From positions 16,610,950 through 16,674,949 of the forward strand of contig NC_134029.1 in NCBI RefSeq assembly GCF_964204645.1: a stretch of 64,000 nucleotides of DNA, in the 5' to 3' direction. The DNA comes from Tubulanus polymorphus. Taxonomy: Eukaryota; Animalia; Nemertea. Within the stretch, counting starts at the first letter, position 1. Each line of letters starts with the position of its first letter. Shown here one piece after another: positions 24,068 through 37,350 of this stretch. The notes under the pieces were generated by a model. It did not search any database and was not told the DNA's origin. It saw only the letters and a list, made by a program, of their open reading frames with translations. A program made the translations under genes and the position numbers.

Positions 24068-24941
24068 TTAAAAATCATCTTCGTCACTATTTACAAGTTT
24101 AGGTACAGCAGCAGGCAATGTTGGGATAGTTGTAGTGGCGGATGAAGCTAGCATTAAGGGAGAAGAAAGATGAAATGAAGAACTGGATTCAGTATGAATT
24201 TTGCTGCTCGGCTTTTCCTCTGAAATCTCAAAGGTTTCACTGTATTCAGAAAAAATTTCACTCTTTGATTCATTCTGTTCGGCGGAACGAGGTCGAATTT
24301 CAGGCGATTTCTCTCGAAGAACTTGCGCGTGACCTAATACTGTAACTGGCTGAGATGAATCGGATTTCGTAGTTTTAACACTTGTCGCCGATTTCTGTGA
24401 ATCTTCATTTGGATTTGGTTTAACTACGCTCAACGTTGACTTGTTCTTGACAGGAGAGAAAACTTGTACATCGTCTTCTTTGTCGCCATCAGCTAAATCT
24501 AGATCAAAATCAAGCATAACAACTTCTCCGCTTTTAGAACGTACAGTGTCACCACCCGCATTTACATCTATTTCATCAGTACTGATTTTGAGTTTGTCCT
24601 CTTTCAGTTTAGCATCCTCCTTCGCAGTTGGATGGCTAGTCGGTACAGTTAGTGGCACCACCCTGTTTGGTGATACAGATCTGTATTGTCGAGTTATCGG
24701 TTGATTTGCCCGACTTTCTGCAAGTGCTGCTGAAGCTCTTGCTTTAATCCTATTATAAAGTTCATCAGCTGTTGTTGGATTGTAGTCAGTATCTGTCGGA
24801 TCTGCGATACGTGAGACATATTCCTCCTCTAGATGATCGTTATTGTTCGCCGAGATGAGAATCTTAGTTTGAGGTTGAGCTTCTGGCATGATTGGATTAT
24901 CAGCATTTGCAAGTCCAGACAAAGCCACCAGATCACCAAGT
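24068..24941 (-). CDS. CEP78: CEP78 last coding exon (12)
   Basis: Acceptor TTTCAG. Junction restores DAG|LGDLVALSG, like vertebrate DAGLGQLATMAG, then a long low-complexity tail to TAA. Spliced CDS 2511 nt, 836 aa. Confidence 0.85.
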
Positions 24942-25139
24942 CTGAAATCAAAATCAAATTTTATAGACAAGGATGTTTTGAAATTGAAGTAAGATATTTA
25001 GTAGGTTCTTTATACCAAGAGCCTAATGATTTCACAATGTGTCCATTTGTTTGTTAGCAGAATTTTGACAACTCAAGCAATGTGTTAAGTTTTTCAGCAC
25101 GTTTTGATATTTGGTTTATACCAAATATTATACTGATTC

Positions 25140-25840
25140 TTGTGAATAACAATGGCTGCCAGCCAACCATGTTGATTTTGATTGGTCTTAGGTAGATACA
25201 TATCTAGGGTGGATACATATGCGAATGCAATAAATAGTGCACTGGGGCAATGCCCCCAAGTGGGCTTGTAACCATGGGTCCAGGGACACCATATCCACTT
25301 AAGAAGTGATATATGATGCTCAACAATCAGAAAATTTCAATATTCAACACCCTCTGGTGAACATATATTGAAACCAATGACCTTACCACAATCATAAAAC
25401 ATGTCATCAGCTACAATTTTGTAATTGATTGTTGTTATTAATTATGCCTAAGTACCTTTATAAATTGAACTAGGGGTCCAGGGACACCATGCCCACTTGG
25501 GAAGTGGTTTCAAATGCTCAACAATCTAACAATTTCAATATTCAACGCCCCCTGGTGACCATTTACAAAAACCAATGACCTTGAAACTCACCACAATCAT
25601 AGAACATGTCAGCAGCTACGATTTTGTAATTGATTGTGATAACAAAATATGCCTCGTTACCAATTTAATATGGAAATACTAAGTCATTCTACTATTCAAC
25701 GCCCCCTGGTGACCATATTCAAAACCCAATGACCGCGAAACTCACCACAATCATAGAACATGTCATGAATTATAACTTTGCAATTGATCATGGTAACAAA
25801 ATATGCCTAGGAACCAATATAATAAGGAAATACTAAGTTA
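25140..25840 (-). mobile_element. Cluster of partial Helentron-type family A copies with 154-bp units
   Basis: 25467-25840 closely matches 4683-5055; further ends at ~25140-25460. Confidence 0.75.
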
Positions 25841-28800
25841 CAGTCAAGCCCGCTTTATTCGGATCGGTTTTACTCGGATTTTGACGTATCTCTGATGATT
25901 TTTAAAAGTCGCTTCAGTTTCTTATTATAATACCTTCCAAAATTGTCACTTAATTCGGTTCGTATTATTCGGATTTTCGGCTATTCCGGATGAATTTTCA
26001 AAAGTCCCATTTGTCCATATCCTTTGAAATCTTACCACTCTATTCGGATGATAAATTTTGATATCGAACAGAGCACAGCGACAGTGCCGAGCGATGCGAC
26101 ATGATGCAATCCACGCTCAATAGTCATAGTGATGTGCTGCATTACGAATCGCTGCGCTAAACCATGTTTACATGTAGGTAAGCACTTTTGAAAACTGCAA
26201 TAAAATTTGCAATCAGTTCATTTCAGGGCTGGGTCTGTTGTGCTTAGCTTGATCATGATTTTTTTTAAAGTAATGTACAGGGTAGATGGGTGGGTCAACT
26301 TTTAGGCTCAACAAGGAGTAATTTTTTTGGCGTCATAATAAAACCTGATTACTGACTGATCATGCAAACATATCTTATTGGACACAGTCGTTCTTGTCGC
26401 CATTTCTATTTCAAGTGAGATCGATTTATGTTTCATAAATCATTATGGATAAACAATCCACATAAATGTACGTATATTCAATATAAAAAATTTTTCTTAA
26501 TGGAAACTACAAAATTACAATTATTAACAGGGTTTTGATTACTTGAGGTAGATAATGCCAAATTCCCATGACCACAATTCAATTTTCAATTTACAACAGC
26601 TTTCATGAACAATAACAACCTTGATATGCTATTACTTATTGTAAAAGGTTGAAATTGGTGATTTATATCAGTAAAAGTAAAGCTGTTGTATTTGAGAAAA
26701 GAAAGTCTGCTAGGCAAACTGTATATAACATCAATGGATGTCATCCTCTAGACTAGATACCTAAAACCTCAAGCAATCATGATTGCTCGTAGCTAAAACT
26801 GACTTTACGCTAGAAAATATCTCACATCATTATCGCAAAGCCAAAGAATTTCGGTCAGTATATATAGATGTTCCAACCACAAATTACAAATGGAGAGGTA
26901 TAGATAAGAAAGAAAGCCACAATACGCAATATGGAACCAGGGACATACACAACCTGGGTCGCATATATAGGACTGTATATTGGGGTACATAAGTCCAGAA
27001 GCCCACTCAAATCTCATGCCGACATATATCTTCGTTACTTTGAAACAGAACATTAAAATTGGAGTAGCTTCAAATCTCTCCTTAGAGCCTACGAGATCAA
27101 TCACTCTTAATATTTAGAATCTGAACTCAAGCACATCAAACAATTCCTCTCTCAAATAGAATAGGGCCTGCTGATATATTACACTTATGTAATCTTATGT
27201 TAAAACAAAGAATCCTGAGGACCTAATCAGATGCGGTATACATAAAATTCCCAGTGGTTAATAAGAAAAGGTTTTTATTAGAGAAACTGGCTGATCACTC
27301 ATCATATGAATAAAAGAACACAGATGTTCCATGAATGATAAACCTGAAAGTTCATAGTTTTATCATAGTATCTTCGAAACTGGTCAAATTTTCGATTTCA
27401 ATCACAGGTAATTAATTATCAGGGATAGATCTAAGGGGGGTGAATAGGAGATAAAAATTTTCTGCGAGGGGCTTCTTCGTGTCAATAGCCTCTAAGAAGA
27501 TGAAATAAGAATGTTATTAGCTGCCTCAGAATCAAAAATAACAGTAGCATTGCGACTTTATTGTATTATATACCTATTATATGACGCCGTACTATGCTAC
27601 GAGCAATACGAGTTTGAGATCTCCAGGTGAAGATATCATAAAATACACTTATGTACTGAATTGCTGATGACATTTTGACTGTGAAATAGTGATATTTAAT
27701 ACAGTTGATTGAACCATTTACGAGAGGTGCGGATCTGCACTTACTTTACCGGACCATTCCGTTGTAGATGAGTTAGTGTATCTCCACCCATTCCGCTAGG
27801 CCGTATATGTATCCGATAAACGATTATTTTTTCCCAATCATAACTATTTGACTTCTTTCCCAATCTGTGTCAAAAATTTCCCAAAACAGTACCATGACAA
27901 ATACTTGAGAAATGACCTGCTTCGCCTAATAATCTCATCAAAATTATCAATACCTCATCCTGGCCACGGCTCAGCAGGTTGTCATAATTTTCACAGAAAC
28001 CATCGCACAAATACTGTCAAATTCCACCATTTTCCCAGAGGCTTTTTCAAAATTCGAGCTAGTTGCAGTCTCTTCATTACGTTTCTTGTCAGCCATCCCC
28101 CTTGAAAAATCCTAGATCTGCCCCTGATTCTATCCATGCAATGACCTTAGAAACTGACACATAGAATCAGCTATTATCACAGAAAATCTGAAAACTTTCA
28201 ACTCTAATACGGGTTACTCTAGGCCTATAACAAAGTCTTATCTCCATACATTATCTGGAATAAACATACTGCTAAGTAATCGTTGTCTATGTACCTATTT
28301 TGTCTTATCTTAGAAATTGTCTCTTAAGTGGCTTTCACTTGGGATTTTTGGCTTACAAAATAACATACTTCTCCGGTACCAAATTAGCTTGAATACCACA
28401 CTTTCGGGGTGTTTGCACATGATTCTGCACTTAGTGAGACAGCTTTAAAGTAATCTGATACTGAAAATGATTTAAAGGTGGTGCTTCCAAGCTATCATCA
28501 TTGTGTTGTATATATTTTAAAATCCATTCTGAACCAAATCTCCTACCTAGCGAACAGCAGTTTGACCATTTGGTGTACAACTAACTATCTAATGTCAGCG
28601 ATAACTATCCAATGTCAGTGAAATACATTCATCATCACATATTGTTGATAGTTAGGGTTTAACAATGCTAATAAGTATTTTCGTTCTTTTTAGTAGCTTC
28701 TTATGCTAATAACTATTGAAAAATCGGCCACATATGTGAATAAATTACTCCAATCATCCTGGTTGAGTGTAGCGTACAAAGTACCATCTTGCTACGCGCC

Positions 28801-30049
28801 AAATCTGCGTTCAACCTATAGAAAATATACGGCCAGCTCAATGCCGTATTGACATGGGCTTTTTGGATTATATTACAATCATATTACGATTATATTACAA
28901 TTTTCATTTCATTGATAATAGGATTTAGTTAAAACCTCGAAACGTGAGAAAAACATCTATCTAATCATCATCATTGTGATTGCACCGGCCTAACAGTCAT
29001 ACATTCGAGAGAGCATCATATTTCAGGCAATAGGCATTCAAAATTGCCCTTGGTAACAATTGTTGAAACTATTTGTACTAGTACTCATGAAAACACTCAG
29101 TTTGGATTAGTGTTTTGTAAGGTAGAATAAGAAGGCAAAATATCTTCTAAGAGTAATTCGTAAGAAAAATTGGTAAATAGGAGATAATTTTTTCTCAAAA
29201 TATTGCCACTTTTTAATTAGATTTGTTCATTCTAACAAGCCTGAAGCTCCGTTTCTCGTCTTAAAATTATACAAATTGCAAAGATACATACAATATGTGC
29301 AGTATTTTTCAATTAACACAGACAGTGGTCGGCAGGAACAAACACTTCAGATCAATTTGCTCTTTCCCTATGAATTACGCTGAGTAGATTAAATAGACCT
29401 TTTTGCTGAATGAGATTTATTTGCAATGTCTTGACAACTAAAAAATAATAATAATGGATTGTCAACCTAATGGACATAAATCCCCGATGATACCGCATAT
29501 GACTCAATATCTGAAAGCTGTTTACAATTCAAAAATTCAAAATTCAAATACGTCATGCAAAATTGGTCAAAAGTTCAGAGGAAATATCCAATTAAGGAAA
29601 TTAAATCTATAGTGAGTAGATTTTGGCATAACTACATAACATTATGTGCAGACATTACACACTGTAAACTGTCCATGGCCCTCTGCAACTTTATCATGTC
29701 CATGAGACCTTCTGCAACTTTAGGTAATAATCCCTATGTAACTTTCAGTGAAAAGCTTTCTGCAACATTCTCATCAAAAACTTTATCCTCCTGTAGAGGA
29801 CAGCACTTCCTGAAAATGTCCATAGTCCATAGAGATCTGTCCATGCATTTTTGTCCAAGGGATTGTGCAACTTTCTGTGGAATCATTAATGTAATGCAAT
29901 AATTTTGACAGCGGAAAAGAATTTTAAGATAACTTTTTGTCATTATGTCATATGAAAAGTGAACGCAATAGCCCGCTGGGACTAAAGTCCCAAGTGGGCT
30001 AAAAACTGTGTACTATTTTTATATCTAACTCCCCCAGTGGCGCAGTTAA

Positions 30050-30774
30050 GTTCAGAAATTACACATAACAGAATTTTCAGGAAAATTCCGGAAATTGAAC
30101 TTTCTTGAAATTTCCGGCAGATCCGAGGAGGGGGCGCGGGATAGGCAGAATTCCGGTGATTTATTTCTGGAAAATTCCAGCAGACATCTAATCCGAGGAG
30201 AGTGTGTGTGTTAGGCAGAATTCCAGAAGATTTCTTCCCGGAAATGTCCGGAAAATTCCGGCAGAACATCTAAACCCTTACCCTTACCCTCTCTTACTCT
30301 AAACCCTAATGCCCTTCAGCTAAACCCTAACACGTCTAAACCCTAACCCTCTAAACCCTAACGCATCAAACCCTAACCCCCTAACCCTAACACATCTAAA
30401 CCCTAACCCTCATGCATCAAACCTTAACCCATCTAAACCCTAACCATCTAAACCCTTACCCTTAAATCCTTACCATCAAAAACCCTTACGCATCAAACCC
30501 TAACCCTCTAAACCCTTGTTATCGAAACCCTAACCCCTAAACCCTAACACTCCGAAACGCTAACGATCGAAACCCATCTGGAAATTTCCGGCTCCGGAAA
30601 GAAATCCTCTGGAATTCTGCCCACCCCGGCCAGCCACTTCCGGAGAAAAATCCTCCGGAAATCTGACATCCGGCCAGAAATATTCTGGAAATAAATCCTC
30701 CGGAAATTTCCGGCACGATTCCGGAGAAAAATCTTCCGGAAGTTACTACTTTCTGTTCTGTGTAATTTCTGGAC
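30050..30774. mobile_element. TIR element with TTCCGGAA-rich subterminal repeats and a central degenerate telomere-like tract
   Basis: TIR CAGAAATTACACA.AACAGAA / TTCTGTT.TGTGTAATTTCTG. (AAACCCTAAC)-type repeats at 30270-30560. Confidence 0.75.
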
Positions 30775-31025
30775 ATGAATGCAGTTGCGAGAACAAAAAA
30801 TTTAAACCAATTCCATATAAGGAAATGTATCCTATGACAGTGCTAATAATAATGTCAAGATTAGAAGTTAAAACCTGATGATATTTTCCTCAAAAAACTT
30901 TTTTCCCCCTGCGAATGAAGACTGACGGCCACCGCCAATCACGTGATATTTGACTGATCACAAAACCCAAAAGTGTAATTAGTGAGAACTGTTATCAAAG
31001 TAAAAATTGAGAATATTTTACTTAC

Positions 31026-31189
31026 CCAGCATCCCGTAACATGTCGAGGAAAGCGTGAAACTTTTCGAAAGTCTTTTCAACTGTTTCCAGCACGTTATCA
31101 TCATCAAATAAACTACTACCACTAGTGGCTCCGCCTTGTCTACGTAGATCATCAACCTCATGTCGCAGACGATTATTTTCAATCGTTAA
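31026..31189 (-). CDS. CEP78: CEP78 exon 11
   Basis: LTIENNRLRH...LETVEKTFEKFHAFLDMLRDAG; AG/GT in phase. Confidence 0.92.
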
Positions 31190-31399
31190 CTGAAAACAGT
31201 AAAGTTTCATCTCCTGATTATAATTTCCGATAGATAAATTTCGTTTTTAATCCTTTGAATTTGTACATGGTGATTTTAATCTCATCATCTCTTCTCCATG
31301 GCTAAAATGCAGTTATTCTACTTGGTCTACCAAAACAACATTTAAAATTCAATGGATAATTTCATCATTTTTAAAGTAACGTATAGTTAGTTTACTCAC

Positions 31400-31477
31400 A
31401 TCAATAATTCTTTGGTCAGCATGACCTTGACTTTCTCTTTCCTCTTTCAGCAAACGGCGGGTTTGTTCTAACTCAAT
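31400..31477 (-). CDS. CEP78: CEP78 exon 10
   Basis: IELEQTRRLLKEERESQGHADQRIID (coiled coil); AG/GTGAGT. Confidence 0.88.
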
Positions 31478-31565
31478 CTGTTCAAATAAAAAACGAAATA
31501 TGTTCAATTGATTTCTCTCATGTCGACGCTTATAGTTGTAGAGGAGTGAGGAATTGTTGTGTGAC

Positions 31566-31761
31566 CTTGAGCAGACGAACTTCATTAGAATCAGAATTTT
31601 TAACTTGACTGTCAATTCCCTGCGGAAAACATCGCTCATATGATTCATTTGAAGTGTCCATAGTGACCGATATATAGGGTGGTTCTCTCTCATGGCTGAT
31701 AGGTGCACTTTCATCATCTGATCGTTCATGAGTGGCATGTGTTAACTCTGGTGGATAACCC
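31566..31761 (-). CDS. CEP78: CEP78 exon 9
   Basis: GYPPELTH...NEVRLLK; phases fit neighbouring exons. Confidence 0.8.
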
Positions 31762-32659
31762 CTACAAAACAATAAATACACTAATCAAACCACTGACCAC
31801 TCAACCAAAGAAATCATTGAATAGATCAACCAATGAAATAATATTTAACCCTTTGAAACATGAGCTCTCTGGACATGAGTTCACCAGACCCTGCCCTACC
31901 AGTTTATCAGCATATTCAAAACCCAAGAAAATTGATGCAGAATGATTTTCTTGTTTTATGATATTAATCGCTATGAGTGTAAACTCATCTATAATCATTG
32001 TTATCCCTGTTGAACACTTGTCCCTAAGATGATATCTAATTGGGTTTTTGTTGTATTTTAGATTTTTTGATCATTATTTTGCTTCAAAACACCCAAAAGT
32101 CTAAAACTAGCTTTTTTTAACACTGGAAAAAACGACGATGTAAACTACAGTCATGTCTTGATACACCCCCAGCCTCACATATTGCCAAAAATATTTGGAA
32201 AATACAGAACCATTTTCTTGGTTCAATTCCATAAAACACATAGTTAAACTGTTTGATAGTGAAAATACTTGATCACCGTATGCGATAAGTTATGCCTGCA
32301 CAGGTTCACCTCTTCATCAAAACACACTGACTTAAGTTGCAAAGTTGCAAAACTGCAAATATTCCCAACCCATGGATTGGACTGTTGCCAAGACCATGTC
32401 ATAAACATAATGCATGGAACTAGCATGATTGGGAATCCCTGTCATTTCCAGCAAAGTGATAAAGAATCTATCTAAGGTTTGAGTCCTAAATGAAAATTCG
32501 GTATGCATGTTATGGATAGAAGGTTGCTAGATAATGTCTTATGTTTGTAAAAAGATAAAAACCGCACAGAAATTGCAAGCGAATTATGTTTTCAATTATA
32601 TCACTTTATGCCTTCGTAAACAAGAACTAAATTTCTAAAAGAGGGCTTGCTGACATCCT

Positions 32660-33097
32660 AGTGCATGCTCACCTGCGTGAAATTGCCATTTTTGGGCACT
32701 AAAAAGGTCATAGGACGGCCATCTTGAATCAGATCAACCCAATTTATCTTATGCTGATTGGCCCTTGGTAGATTCAAATATAAACAAAAGATCAAGGTAA
32801 TTGATCAAAGCGTCTTCAAAATTTCCCTCGAAAACTTCGAAAATGTGTAAAAAGTGCTGATTTTGGCGAACAACAATGGCTGCCATTCGGCCATCTTAAT
32901 TCTGACAGGGTCAGTTATTGGGCTGAAGATGTGTCTAGGGTATATACATGTGTAACCCAAATATCAAGACATTACATTGAAGCGTCTTCAAAACTTCCCA
33001 AAATAACTGGATTCCGTCCACGGATGGACGGCCGAACGGACGGACAAAGAGTGAACGCAATAGCCCGCTGGGACTAAAGTCCCAAGTGGGCTAAAAA
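32660..33097 (-). mobile_element. Helentron-type family A partial copy (no array)
   Basis: Ends ...TAGCCCGCTGGGACTAAAGTCCCAAGTGGGCTAAAAA; same end at 29958-30005. Confidence 0.75.
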
Positions 33098-33460
33098 TAA
33101 TACGAAAGGTCCATGGACATTGAGACCTTGTTGATCCAGAAAATGTTATAAGACGGATGGAACAGCTCTGGGGTCTTCTAAAATGTACAGTTAAATTGAG
33201 TAGGTCCCTATTTACCTCTGACATGATGGTTCAGGAACCCAATGTAATTAACACCCTAATGAACTGTAATATTCTAACCAGTACCACCACAATCACAAAT
33301 CCCTGTTGTTGACATTGTACGGAGATATGACGGTAGTATGTTTTGTTAGATAATCACTGACAAATGTTACATGTGAAAAATGATAGAAGCACATGGCATA
33401 GTGGCCGGGATATATCAACTTAACCGACCAGCAGGGTTCAAAGGATTATGAATAAGTAAC

Positions 33461-33588
33461 CTGTATCTAGCAGCCCTAAGTGCAGTTCTCCATGGCATTC
33501 CAGGTTTGGCTAATTCTGACACTGCGTACGTACGACCAAATCCTGCCCCTACTGTTCTGGATCTCTTTCTTGGATGTGAAGGAGTCAT
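33461..33588 (-). CDS. CEP78: CEP78 exon 8
   Basis: MTPSHP...GMPWRTALRAARYR contains the conserved PWRTA motif. Acceptor is AAG, so the 5' boundary is less certain. Confidence 0.8.
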
Positions 33589-33675
33589 CTTAATACAATA
33601 GAAAGCATAACAATATCTATAAAATATCCTACAAAATGAAAGACATATCTCGAAATTTCTGGACGAGTAAAATAC

Positions 33676-33777
33676 CTTAATAATGTTTGATTTCTTGGAA
33701 GTCCAAGCTTTCAATCGTTTTTTAGCTGGGGTTCTTGGTTTTGGTTTCTGCGTGCTGTCAATTCTAATCCATTTATA
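33676..33777 (-). CDS. CEP78: CEP78 exon 7
   Basis: YKWIRIDSTQKPKPRTPAKKRLKAWTSKKSNIIK; AG/GT, phase 0. Confidence 0.85.
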
Positions 33778-34428
33778 CTGAAATAAATTTCTGTTTGTTT
33801 ACAAATGAATAACAGGCTAAAGCTGGTGTCACAAAAATGGTACTTGTGGTTAGAAATGACTGGCAATTGCACAGCCAATTTTTGTTTGAATCCATTTAAT
33901 ATGGCACGGCAAAAAACATTCATCTTCGTTGTGAACACATTTTTTGCTTTGAAAGACAAACACCTCCCATTTTCATGCAACATATTTGAATGAATTCGGG
34001 ACAATTGGTGAAGATAGTGTACTTTGCTGGTCCGCAACGCTAAGGAAAGTAATTGGGTGTTGAGCCCACATCTATCTCTACAGGCAGTGATTCCTAAAAT
34101 TGACATCATAATCTGTTTTCAAAAAGTGCTTGGTATTATATACAGATAACCATCATTGCATGTATGTGTCATGTGCACTTTTTAACTACAGTCGGCTCCG
34201 CTTTATCTGTAGCGGATTTACTCGTATTTTCACATATTTTGTTGAAACAGGCTAGCCCGGTTTTTTTTAGGTCAAACCTTTAATCAATATTTCATTTTAC
34301 TCGTAGAAATAACTCGTATTTTGCTTAATTCGTATAAATATCACCAGCAACAAAAGATATGAGTTAAGTGGAGTTGACTGTATATTGCTCATAAAAGCTG
34401 AATCAGATGTAGAGTAAGTGATAAATAC

Positions 34429-34607
34429 CTCAGAATCTTGACCATTGGCATTGATTAAAACTTGTTCCATGAGACTACTCAAAGTTTCTCTTTCTACTAG
34501 TGGATTGGCTCGAAGATCCAACACAACCATCGTTGTATTATATTTTAGCACTTGGAGCAGAGCTTTAGCTCCAGTATCAGTCACACCACATTGCTGTAAA
34601 TCTAAAG
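34429..34607 (-). CDS. CEP78: CEP78 exon 6
   Basis: ALDLQQCGVTDTGAKALLQVLKYNTTMVVLDLRANPLV (LRR). Confidence 0.93.
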
Positions 34608-35396
34608 CTGTAAAACAAACAGGATTTAGTAAAACGAAGAAATTTATCATGAGGGTGACCCAGTTATTAATGGTTCAGCCTGAACGCAATGAGAATTTAT
34701 CTCACCGTGAGGCTGCTTTTTTTATGAAAAGTTGGATAACGGATTTGAAGGGCTTGAAATCATTATGGTGACGGGAAGAAAAATGAAAAAAAAAACATTT
34801 ACGTAAAACATTGAATTTATTACTAATTTAGTGAACGGGGAGCGGGATTTGAAAAAAAATAAAACGCCCTATTTTGGAGGGTGTTATAGGACAATGATAC
34901 CCGAATATTGTCTATTTACTGCCTACACTCATAACTGACACCGCCATTTTTGCAAATCACAATTTACTGAATGAACCCACCAAATATACACATTAGAACA
35001 CCCCCCATTTACCGCAATTATTTTGTGTTTGATGTCAAAAGATGATGTGGCAGTGGAAAAAAACTATGAATGTTTGTTTTTATTTCCATATGTATGCTTA
35101 AGAATAAAGGGGTGGCAGGAAAAAAAAAAATTTTTTTAATACCTAGAATCGAAAAAACTTTGTGGCGGATCCGTAATCCAACTAATAATAAAAAACGACC
35201 TAAAGGGGGTAGGGGTTAGGGCGAAGAGAGTTCATAGGTATAGAGTAAGGGTACTGTTATGCATTATAGTAAGGTAAGTAAGGGTAAGGATTAAGCTAGA
35301 AGTAGTAACAAGATCAGGTCTAGCATCTGGCTACATTGACTGCTAGTGGCAAAAGCGCTGCGCTACCACTACGGTGCTATTGTGTTCAAATCTTAA

Positions 35397-36244
35397 CCCT
35401 TTCAATACCACATAGTGTCTCCACTGCGGTACCGGAGGGAATTTAGGGGTTTATAGGGGTATATTTGAAACTTAATAGAATAGTTACCAAGGCATCTGAC
35501 ACAGAAAATTTATATAGCATGTTGTTGATAACTTTTGGGCCAACAATGTAGACATAAATAATTTGGATATAAGTGAACTTGAGGTCAAGGTCACATACTC
35601 CAAGATGGCCGCCATGAAAAAAATTCACGAACAAGTGTCAGATAAAATGCTCTGTCTCCCAGCAAAATTCACTGATCTAATCAATTCCAACTGAAATTGT
35701 ATGCCATATGTCCTTACTTTATGAAGTAAAAATTTTAAAGCAATAGAACAACTAAAAAATTTATTTTTCCACTCATTTACCAACTTCTCCACCGATATGT
35801 CGGAAGGCTGGATGTAAGGGGTTTCATTGGGGTATAATTTCAGGCCTCAGAAAATTGTTACCTATGTATTTGACACTGATACATTGTATACCATGGTGTT
35901 GATAACCATTGGGCTTACAAATAAGACAAATTATTTGGATATATGTGACCTTGAGGATGGACAATTGTCGCTGATTTCATTTTCATCATCAAAATCATTG
36001 CCGGCACTATAACCCTATTTTCTGACTAAGTCTCATCATCTGAACTGCTGCTGTCATATTCGTTGCCACTCTCAATTTGTTCAATACCAAATTCCAAGTC
36101 ACCTGCATCATTGTCAGCATCATGTACGAGCTGCTGAACCGTTTCATCCAGCCAAATTGTGTTTTCCTGGCTGTTGCCATCTTGTATTTTATGCACATGG
36201 CAGCACCGGCTGATACTGATAGATATGCCCTTCTAGAAGAAGGG
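35397..36244 (-). mobile_element. Possible internally deleted piggyBac-like element
   Basis: TTAA|CCCT at both ends with weak TIR identity. Acidic reading (ESGNEYDSSSSDDET) near 36000-36150 resembles piggyBac N-termini. Confidence 0.4.
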
Positions 36245-36912
36245 TTAAGTGATACGGTATCGCATACAATACGGGTATGCTAGCTTGCCATTTGTACCGT
36301 ATGCCATACGGTAGCACTATTGTAAAGGTTAATAGTGGTTATTTTCTCAGAATTTTTCCAAGTGTAGCGTATTCATTGTGGTAAAAACTAGGGTGATTAT
36401 CCTAGCCTTTGGCAAAAAGTGCTTACCGAAGAAGTAGTGTAGTGTTCATATTCAATGAGAATTTGTTACATATATCTAATTTAGGCTTAAAAATGATCAT
36501 GTGCAACTTTATCAAGATCAAAACCAAATGAACTAATCATGTTGTATAACAAAAGTATGCAATTTTGAGCGGATTGATGGCAGGACTATTTTCTATTGGG
36601 ATTAGGCTTCAGCTGGCAGTCTCGTAATCTACAAATCTTGGAACAGAACTTGCATTAACTGTACAATTTTGCAATACAGATAGCCAGTATTGCCAGAATT
36701 CAACACCCAACACCCAACAAACGAAAAACATAAAGCTGAGCAAATTTCAGAATGTCAGTGTGTGAATCAGATGTTATCCTGTCATTTGTCAATTTTGTGT
36801 TCAGAAGAAAGTACTAGTAGGCACAGAACTGTTCTGAAAAGTGCAGAGCAAATGTTGCATATGGTAAAAGTGAAGTGTAAAAGTACGTTAATACCGGTAA
36901 TCAATTAATTAC

Positions 36913-37191
36913 CTTTCAACCATAAATCATCTTTCAATGCTTCGGCTAAACTGAATGCTCCTTGATCACCGATTAATGGGTTTTTATTGACCGTAATACG
37001 TCGAATTCCAGTCATTCCATCGAGATTAGGTCGCCGATACCTCAAACTATCCTTCCAAGCTTCATTATGTCGTTTTATTGCCTGATGTTTTATAACTTTA
37101 CTCAACGCATCAGCGCCAACCCATGACAAACAACAACCGGTCAAGTTCAATGACTGTATGTATACTGAATTCTTTATGCCTTTACATAAAA
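36913..37191 (-). CDS. CEP78: CEP78 exon 5
   Basis: RHNEAWKDSLRYRRPNLDGMTGIRRITVNKNPLIGDQGA...DDLWLK, a diagnostic CEP78 block. Confidence 0.95.
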
Positions 37192-37277
37192 CTAAAACAG
37201 AAACAATATCCATTATCTCATTGTTAGTTACAACATAAAAGAATTTATAGCTGGGACTAATTAAAACATCATCTTAC

Positions 37278-37350
37278 TGTCCAATCCAGTATCACCAACA
37301 TTACAATATTCCACAGATAGATGGCGTAAACATGTACTTTTAGCCAAACC
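37278..37350 (-). CDS. CEP78: CEP78 exon 4
   Basis: GLAKSTCLRHLSVEYCNVGDTGLD; AG/GTAAG. Confidence 0.92.

Noticed and set aside
30270-30560. True telomere or chromosome fusion site
   Set aside because: Degenerate, single orientation, enclosed by TIRs inside an intron.
33711-34109. 132-aa and similar ORFs overlapping CEP78 introns/exons (also 38923-39312)
   Set aside because: Explained as off-frame or antisense shadows of CEP78 exons plus intron sequence.
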